A stretch of 64,000 nt of DNA from the human T2T-CHM13v2.0 reference genome, Homo sapiens: assembly GCF_009914755.1 (NCBI RefSeq), contig NC_060933.1. The stretch is one strand, 5' to 3'. Below the pieces are notes generated by a model. It saw nothing but the letters and a program-made list of their open reading frames with translations. It was not told the DNA's origin and ran no database searches. The first letter of the stretch is position 1. Every line of letters starts with the position of its first letter. The position numbers and the translations under genes were made by a program. Below, piece by piece: positions 55,417-64,000 of the stretch.

Positions 55417-57479
55417 GAGGTCATGAGGTTCTTGTTTTACTTTACTTTTTCAAGTTGATGATGTACCTCTGGGCAGAACAGATCATAAAAAATGACTTTT
55501 TTATGGCTTTATCTCTTTGATACTTCCCAGATTCCTGAAATGACTACTAGAAACAACTGACTGCACTTCTGTGACCTGGGTAATGTACTCCCTTTTGCTG
55601 ACCAGTCTAACTCGGCTTGTTACTATTGTTGCTGTGTATTTGTATGTTTTAAGTATACCTTATTCTCTCTTTGATTATGTTTTCCTCTTCCAGAAGTAAT
55701 TGGGGGCAAGATTTTAAATGGTTCTGGTCTGGCTCACGCTCTCATTTGGTGATATTTGATCCACAGAGAGTGAAGATTGATCCCAACACAGCTACCTCTA
55801 TTTCTGCATACTGTGTAGCAGAAAGCTAGCCTATCTCTTGTGTTTTACATGTCCTGGTAGGCATTCTATACAGGCCACTAACCACAAACTGCAGAAGATA
55901 CATATTAACCTTTCTGAGTAGTATCCTTGAAAAACCTCTTACAAGGTTTTGGGTTAGAGGTGGACATACTCCACCCCTCAATTTTAGCTTTAAGGAAGTA
56001 ACACTCAGAGCTCAGCTCTTTACAGAGAAATTCAGTCTAAAATCCTCTGTTAATCTACTACAAGCCAAATCTTTACAAAGCAGGTATAAATGAGGGTTTA
56101 AGATCCATATAGCATGTGTTTTTTTTCTTTTAATAACTCCATTCTTTTAGGGTGGCCTGACAAATTACTTTGGGACCTAATAATTATTGTCTTGTTGTCC
56201 CGGCTAAAACTTATCTTAACAGTCCATTGAATAAGTTTACAAATTGAATATTTGACTTGTGATATCAGATCCAACACCCCTTGATGTATTTATGAAGAAC
56301 AGTGTTTTCACACAGACATGCATACCCATATAAAGTCCATAAATTGATGAAGCAGAAAGATAGCCTACGTTTTGTTAAAATTTTTTTGGATGGTATGCTA
56401 TGTCTTCCTTTGGCAGGGAAGACTAACCATGATGCTTTTTTCTTTGACAGACATACTGTTAGAATACCAGGAGAGATTATGATACAAGAAAAAATGTGTT
56501 ATATATTATAATTGATTACATAGAAGAGTGGAAGGCGTCAATGGCAGAACAAGAGGCAGGAGTAAAAGGGGAAAGGACAGAGAACAGTAATACATGCTCA
56601 GCAGGCATGGCAAATACAGAAGATATAAAGCCAGTCATGGTTAATAGCAGTTGAGTCAAAAAAGATAAGTTCAAATCCAAGAATTATCACAGAGTGAGTG
56701 TGTTGTGACCAGTGGAGGGGGAAGGGCCAAAGTAACAGGAGATGATATTCAGAGATACAGGAAGACAGAAGTTTGTTACCAATTGTAAAGTCTGAAATTC
56801 AGATGTGAGACCTCAGGTGTAGATTTGAGAATTTCCATGGACAGAATTTCATCCCCAAGGAAAGGTTTTTAAGTGAGAACAACTCATAAAGTACCCTTAC
56901 TCTCGGTAAAGATGTTAAGGCATCCTATTCATATGGTAGGTGTATTATCAGAGAAAAGGATGTGTTTTGTTTACTTGTTCCCATGACCTAACAAATGCCT
57001 AAAAAATAAAACCAGTGTACAAGTTCAAAGCCATCCTACCAGCAAAAGGATGCCAATTTAACTAGCTCATCATTAGGCTAGCAATTCAGATCCCCAGGGT
57101 AATGATCATTATTTTTCCATAGTTTCATTGTACTAGTCAGCATTTATTTTGTTGCAAATGCAGATCAACTGAAGAAAATAAGGCAAACAAAACCAACTAG
57201 GATTTGCATGAAGCCAGGGTCTAAAAGCTATTAATCTATCACCAGGTCCTTCTTACTCTCTCATTCTCTTGAGTCCATTTCTCTTTACGGACTGGTATCA
57301 TTCCTTTTGAAATAGAAGACTCATGTTGTTGATATTAGCAAAAAAGAAAAATATAAAAACTTATTCTCATAAAAAGATCAATAATGAAAAAACAGGAATG
57401 ACCTCTAATACATAATTGTAGGCCGAATCTGGATATTTCGTCAATAAGCATGTTGTGAGTTGATCATATCGTAAAAACT

Positions 57480-57660
57480 GAATCTAGACTTGAGGTTCTA
57501 CTAGACCTATAACTTAGATAAGTTAATAAACTTCACTCAGATTTAGTTCCTTCATATATAAAATGAATATAGAGGTACTTTGAAAAGTTGTTAGCATTAA
57601 TGAAATAAAGTATAAGTGACATACTGTGGACACACAGTAGTTGCTCAATAAATAGTTGAA
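57480..57660 (+). mobile_element. MIR SINE
   Basis: TTAGTTCCTTCATATATAAAATG..ACACAGTAGTTGCTCAATAAATAGTTG. Confidence 0.7.
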
Positions 57661-58521
57661 AGGATCAATTAGTACATATAACAGTATTCCCAGGCCACAC
57701 CAAAAAGGGTTAACAATTGTAACGGTATTTATTCTGATCCCTCAATCAGTATTTCAGAAACTAGAACCACAACTCACTGAGAACTTTCCTTTTGTAATGG
57801 GTCTTTGCAAGCTTATTTTCGTTTTATGCCTTTGTCAACTGCTCCTTTTGGTAATGCAGATATCAAGAATGGCACACAGGCTCCTTTCTGCCACTGTAGT
57901 ACTATTGGCTCTTCTCACTGCAGCCAATGCTGGTGTTTCAAAGCAGGTTTCTCCCTAAGTTATTACAATTCTCATACATTACAAAAAGAAGTCTTCCTTT
58001 TTTGTTTCCTAGTTTTATCTTTCTTACAACTTGAAAAATGTTTCACAGGAACTGGGGCAGAATTAAGAAACTCCCTTTTGTGGCAGAATCAGGAATTTTT
58101 GTCCTCACCAATAGTCAGTGTCTTGAACTAAAGTATATGAATCTTGGCTACCTCTTATTTCTGAGTGTATTCCCTACTTTCTACGAGTGTATCGCTAATG
58201 TTTAAAAATGATGTGGCCACTTTATGACTTTCAAGTCTGTTGTCCCTGAGTATAATAGCTTCTCACAGTTGCTCCCAGGAAGACAAGAAAGGCCAGATGC
58301 CAACAGGACCCTGTCAGCCATCTTCCATACCTTCAGTCTTAGATGTGATTATACAGATGGCATTAGAATAGGGTTCATCACTAACAGAAAACAAAACAGA
58401 TGCACAGAGGGATCATTCAAAAGTGGCAACAGTACTTTAGATTCCCTGTCTGCTAATTTAATGTAGATTACAAGCTGCAAAGACAATGAGCCAATGCTTT
58501 TATTTTGTAGTTCAGAGACTT

Positions 58522-59010
58522 TGTCTTAGCCAGGGTCCTGGAAGGAAACAACACATCAAAGAGTTTAATTAAAGAGAGTTCAGTAAAAGGACAATTTACA
58601 GAGATGAATCAGAGTTGATGGAAATGACACAAGAGATCATCTGGTGTACGGGAATTTGCAATAGTGGGAGGCTGCTACTATCCATTGTTCTATAGCTGAA
58701 AGGAATGGAATGTATGAGAAATCCTAGAGGGAGCTATAAGCATAGAAGAGGGGCTCAGAGACCAGCTGTGGCTGCAGAAAAATACAGCCACTGCTAAAAC
58801 TATAGCCCAACAGAGAGGCAATAGGAATAAATATCCCATCTCTCACTCCTCTTACCCTATTGATACTCCAATTGGTGAAACCCAAATAGTAGCTAGACAA
58901 CAAAGACATCTGGTGACACAGCCTGTAGAAGTCAGCCTTCTAAAGCACAGAACAGTGGAGAGAAGGTCAAGTAATGTATCTAAAGGTAAAAATGGGGAGT
59001 GGCCAGCCAG
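58522..59010 (-). mobile_element. Ancient ERVL-type LTR (LTR67B-like)
   Basis: TGTCTTAGCCAGGGTCC..AGGAAACA..AAAGGACAATTTACAGAG..GGAATAAATATCCC..GTCAGCCTTCTAAAGCACAGAACAG; followed by antisense PPT-like GTCTACCCCTT. Confidence 0.65.
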
Positions 59011-59336
59011 TCTACCCCTTTTGTCATTCAGATTCCATTCTCATCCTTTTATTTAGAGAAAGTCTAGCATTTGAAGCACAAACTCATAAATGTCAATTTG
59101 CTATTGTCCTACCAATGACTTGTTCTCCATCCAGTACCACCAATGGTGATTATAATATTTGTTGCCACTACATGACCATCAATTACCAACCACAAGGGGA
59201 TTGTCTGTGTACCCATCCAGTAAATACAACAAAATCCAGAAATCCATTTGAGAGTTTGGGTCTTATGTCCAAACCTGATACAAATTATTTTATCTTTCAT
59301 TATCATAAATTCATATTCAAAAATTTAAAGAGACAA

Positions 59337-59682
59337 CAGGTTGAAGATTCCTTATCCAAAAAACTTGGAATCAAGTTTCAGATTTCAAATTTTGAATTTT
59401 GGAATATTTGCATATACACAATGAGATATTTTGAGACTCGGACTCCAGTCTAAACACAAAACTTATTTGTTTTATATACACCTTACACATACAGGCTGAA
59501 ACTAATTTTATGTAATATTTAAAATATTTTTTGCGCATAAAACAAAGTTTTGACTGTGTTTCGACTACAACCTATCACGTAAGGTCAGGTGTGGAATTTT
59601 CCACTTGTGTCTTCACTTCAGCACTCAAAAAGTTTAGGATTTTGGTGCATTTTGGAATTTTAGATTAGGTATGTTTAACTTG
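59337..59682. mobile_element. Tigger4b (Zombi/MER46-type) DNA transposon
   Basis: CAGGTTGA..CCTTATCCAAAA..TTGGAATATTTGCATATAC..AGGTCAGGTGTGGAATTTTCCACTTGTG..GATTAGGTATGTTTAACTTG (TIR-like ends). Confidence 0.88.
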
Positions 59683-59684
59683 TG

Positions 59685-60105
59685 TAACAAAAGGACAATT
59701 TTCAGATGTGTGGACATGGCTAAGGAGCTGATGAGGAACAATAAAGGTCTCAGGGTCTAGGAACTTCATGACTTTTAGTAAAACTCTTCCTAATGGGCGA
59801 GGGGAAGAAACAGTGATTCAGAGTGTGATGTGACTGGAAACTCTCACAAAGACTAAGTCTTAGGTAGATGAAACAGCCACCAACAAAAGTGTGATCTGAT
59901 ATAGAGGGAGCAAGGAAGATAAATACCCAACCTCTCTACTTTCCCACCTTTTGTCAGTGCATATTACTGACCAAACCAAAAGGAAGCCAGAAGTCAAGAG
60001 AGCCTGTATATTGCCTTTTAATAGAATTTATTCTCACACGATGCAGAGAAGAGCAGAAAAGAATGGACAATAAAATCAAGATTGTCATAAGGTGAAAACT
60101 AGCAC
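59685..60105 (-). mobile_element. Second LTR67B-like LTR remnant
   Basis: AAAGGACAATTTTCAGA..AGGGAGCAAGGAAGATAAATACCCAACCTCTC..CCAAACCAAAAGGAAGCCAGAAGTCAAGAGAGCC parallels 58522-59010. Confidence 0.55.
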
Positions 60106-61451
60106 TGTCATTAATTTGGGTCTCTTCTACGTTAGAAGTTAATCAGTGATGTCTCTAATAGGAAGTTAAAAATCATTATAAACGTTTGGAACAGGAAAAT
60201 CTTATCACATAATTAGATAGCACACTGGGTCCCAAGGGACATTGATGAGGTTTCTCTTTTCTTTCAAATATAAAATTGCCTGATTTCCAATGCCTCTATT
60301 TCATTGAGACTCCATGATGCAAATCAAAATGAGTTAAAATATGGTTATCTATTTAGTCATTAGATATACATTTAATAAATTTCTTCTGTGTAACTGACAC
60401 AATAAAGGCATTTAAAATTATATTTTGTAATTATTTAATAGCAAAGTTTTAATATTTCTCTTATGTCAAAGAGAAGGGAACAAAATGTTGGAGAATAAAA
60501 AAGTTGGGAAGGAATTAGAAAGGCTATTATCCAAAAATAAATCAGAGCATTCAAAATTGCATAAAAGAAAAATCTCATTTGTTTGCAGAATGACAAATCT
60601 ATTCTACTTCAGTAATGGCTACAAAAGTCAGATGCTTGCTTTACTCCAGCAGGGAAACATATCCATCATGAGGCTTAACGTGCTCTTGTGTACTTTCTCG
60701 AATGCTTTGCTAACACCTGCTGATTTACCTGCAATACATTTTCCAGAAACTGTTGAGTAAAATGACAACATATATATTGAGTTTCACACTTCAGTCTCTC
60801 CAATTAACAGTGTTTGCAGTACCAGCTGTGAGCCCAGGAGAGGATTTAATGTTAAGTACAGCGGTCTAGTTAACAACAACAAAAAAGCTGAGCCATGAAT
60901 ATGCCGAATGTTTGTTTCTTATCATTTGTTTCTGAGAAATAGCTCTCTATTGCAGTTATTCAAACTTGCTCACAGAACTAGCTCCTGACATTATATACAG
61001 GAGTGGCATGAGACAGGCTGCTGTGGTAGGCACAATTAAAATGTATAGTTACTAAGAAACCTTAGCAGAGCCCCTGTCCTCACCTGTTCACTTATCAAAA
61101 CAATACAAGTCCTTCTGTGCTCAGTTTCAATGACTATAAAGTGAGATTAAAGAGTTTTGAAAACAGCGGTCATATACAACACCAAGCCATGCAAAAAGGA
61201 AGAAGAAAAATAAATTTACTTACATACAAAGAGAACTAACCTTGTAGATTTTCTCTTTTTAACTCAATATCTAGGCAATAATTGAATATTTACTGCTATT
61301 TAGGGGACTGTAGCTGTAGGCAAAAGATAGGAACAGGGACAGTACTATTAATAGGTTTGTATCAACTTAAAGATACCAAAAGAGTGTATAAAGTCTAGTC
61401 TTATTTAAGAGGTGATTAGAAAATTATTTATTCTAATATAGACCAGTGAGA

Positions 61452-61535
61452 TGGGGCTGCAGTGAGCTGAGATCATGCCACTGTACTCCAACCTGGGCCA
61501 CAGAGTGAGACCCTTTCTCAAAAAAAGAAAAAAAA
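61452..61535 (+). mobile_element. Alu 3' fragment (AluJ/FRAM-like)
   Basis: GGCTGCAGTGAGCTGAGATCATGCCACTG..AGAGTGAGACCCT..A-tail. Confidence 0.9.
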
Positions 61536-62705
61536 TTTAAAACTATAAAAACCCTAGGAAAAAAACCTTAGGAAGAACCCTTCTTGGCACTGGCCTGGAC
61601 AAATAATTTCTAACTAAGACCTGAAAAGCAAATGCAACAAAACCAAAAATAGACAAATGGGACCTAATTAAACTAAACAGCTTTTTGCACAGCAAAAGAA
61701 TCAACAGAATAAATGAACAACCTACAGAATGGGAGAAAATATTTGAAAACTATGCATTGGACAAAGGACTAATATCCAGCATCTATAAGGAACTTAAGTC
61801 AATAGGATAAAAACAAATAATCCCATTAAAAAGTGGGCAAAGTGCATGAACAGACACTTCTCAAAAGAAGACTTACAACCAGCCAACAAACATGAAAAAA
61901 TGTTTAACGTCACTAATGATCAGAAATGCAAAGTAAAACCACAGTGACATACCATCTTATACCAGTTAGAATGGCTATTAAAAAGTCAAGAAATAATATA
62001 TGTTGGTGAGGATATGGAGAAAAGGGAATGCTTATATGCTGTTGGTGAGAATATTAATTAGTTCAATCCCTATGGAAATCAGTATAAAGATTTCTCAGAG
62101 AACTAAAATTAGAACTAACATTCACCCAGCAATCCCACTATTTAGGAAAATAGATCCTTTTATCAAAAAGACACTTGTATTCACACGTCTATTGCTCGAC
62201 TATACACAATAGCAAAGTCACGGAATCAACCTAAGTGTTGATCAGTGTTCAATCGGGTAAAGAGAATATTGTATGTATACACCATAGAATACTACACAGC
62301 AATAAAAAAGAATGAAATCTTGTCATTTGCAGCAACGTGGTTGGAGCCGGAGGCCATTATCCTAAGGAAAATAACTCAGAAACAGGAAATCAAATGCTGC
62401 ATGTTCTCACTTATAAGTGGGAGCTAAAAAATGGGTACACATGGATAAAAAGATGGAAATAATAGACATTGGGGACTCCAAAATGGGGGAGGATGGAGGA
62501 TGTGGGCAGCAGTTGAAATACTTCACAATGGGTACTATGTTCACTGTTTCTGTAATAGGTTCACTGGAATCCCAAATCTCAGCATTCTGCAATATATCCA
62601 TATAACCAACTTGCATATGTACCCCCAAACGTAAAATGAAACAAATAGTCTTACAAACCAAATCAACAACAACAAAAGCCAAACAAATTACAAGGAAAAA
62701 AACCC
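61536..62705 (+). mobile_element. L1PB-like 3' end (ORF2 C-terminus, 3' UTR, A-rich tail)
   Basis: AACTATAAAAACCCTAG..ATAGACAAATGGGACCTAATTAAACTAAA..GGGTACTATGTTCAC..CCCAAATCTCAGCAT. Confidence 0.92.
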
Positions 62706-62714
62706 CACAAAGCT

Positions 62715-63192
62715 GTAGTTATGGCTTATAGAACAGGAGGTAAGTGAGTCAGTGTCTTGCAGTGGATGAGCTGCAATTATTTTACTATTCCTTATCTCGA
62801 GGCCAGTGCTTGTTTAGCTGCCAGAGAAAAAGAAAAATCATCGGGCCAGTTAGAACATAGTTTATCCTTTAAGTGCAGGGGTGTATGACTTAACCCTTGC
62901 CTGGCATAATCTTAAGTCTTGTTTATAATTTGGTATCTTATTGCCACAAAGACTCCATTCTGTCAGTCTTTTGGTCTCTATTTGAACACGAATGCTGGTC
63001 ACTGTTGTGTCTAAACCATAATGGACATATGTCCGACCTTGAGACGTATGAAGGAGGATAATGGAGTACGTCTGACCTCCCAACTTGTCATGCCCAGGAA
63101 TTTAGTTTTTAAGATCTCTCTGGAGCACACTTGGCCAAGAAATTGTCCATTCAGTTAGTTGGGTGGCTTAGGATTTTAGTTTTAGCTCTCAC
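62715..63192 (-). mobile_element. ERV1 MER4-group LTR (MER39/MER39B-like)
   Basis: TTTGGTATCTTATTGCCACAAAG..AATGCTGGTCA..TGTGTCTAAACC..CTTGGCCAAGA..GGCTTAGGATTTTA. Confidence 0.75.
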
Positions 63193-63474
63193 CCCTAAAT
63201 GTTAACATATATACCTCAGTAGGAAGGTGGCAGGGTAAGAGCTAGAGAATCTATGCCACTCTGTAACAAGGGAAACTTCCTGGTCAGGGAAGGGGCCTTG
63301 CTATGCGTGGTGAGACTCCAGTGCCCAATGTGGTCTCTAAATCCATTCTTTTGCTGAGATAACTCATATCTGTTAAGTTAGAAAAAGTCTTTGGGCCAAT
63401 TTTAGAATACATGTATTTCCTACAAAATTCTCTTTCAGGATTTTACTTTATTAGTAGCACAGAATTGAACAATT

Positions 63475-64000
63475 CTTTTCATGCATTGGAAGACTCAATA
63501 TTCTAAAGATGTCAAGTAGCCCCAAATTGATCTTTAGATTAAATGCAAAACCAAGTAAAATCTCAGAATTATCGTATAGAAAATGACGAGCAAATTCTAA
63601 ATTTTAAGAAAATGGAAGGATCAATGATATCCAAGGCAATCATAAATTTTAAAAGTTGGGGACGTACACTAACACTTGTTGATTTATATTTCAAAGCCAT
63701 AGATATTAAGGCATTGTGATATTGACACAGCGCAGACGAATAGATCCATGGAGCATTATAAAGGTTCTAGAAATAGGCATACATATATTGCCAAGGAATA
63801 ATTTATGACAAGCATATCACTGCAGTGTAATATAAAAAGTCCATTCTTCTTAGTAAATGGCACCAGATAGTCATTTTGAAAACAATGTATGTTGCCACTA
63901 TCTCATAAAATACAAGAAATTAAACTCCAGATACAGTATATATCTAAATTTAAAGGTGAAATAATAAAGCTTTTTGAAGTAAATACAGGTGACTAGCTTC
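63475..64000 (+). mobile_element. Old L1M ORF2 fragment, continues past the window end
   Basis: ATTGGAAGACTCAATATTCTAAAGATGTCAA..CCCCAAATTGATCT..TCAAAGCCATAG..CTAAATTTAAAGGTGAAATAATAAAGCTTTT. Confidence 0.8.

Noticed and set aside
58974-59453. Longest ORF in the window (159 aa)
   Set aside because: Runs across an LTR end, spacer and Tigger4b; no coherent protein

Overview
This is AT-rich, CpG-poor primate (human/great-ape-like) genomic DNA, most consistent with a gene desert or a very large intron. I recognise no protein-coding exon, CpG island or promoter. Almost every ORF in the supplied track is Alu, L1 or MaLR read-through or a random low-complexity frame. Roughly half the window is interspersed repeats: 11 full or near-full Alus plus a fragment, a 5'-inverted L1PA with a 14-bp TSD, an ultra-short L1PA, many old L1M/L2/MIR remnants, a complete MST/THE1-type MaLR element, several solo LTRs, and Tigger/MER DNA transposons. 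A 3'-truncated, tailless 5S rRNA retropseudogene lies at ~47.5 kb. The most distinctive non-standard signals are small mutational scars: three fold-back (template-switch-like) hairpins, a 35-bp dispersed copy, several local tandem duplications, an inverted MER44/Tigger7 pair, and an Alu pair that may have retrotransposed as one unit. There is also one speculative signal-peptide-like small ORF in unique sequence at 57.9 kb. I found no convincing evidence for a new multi-component biological system. Repeat subfamily names come from my recall of consensus sequences and need RepeatMasker/Dfam confirmation; boundaries of old repeats are approximate.
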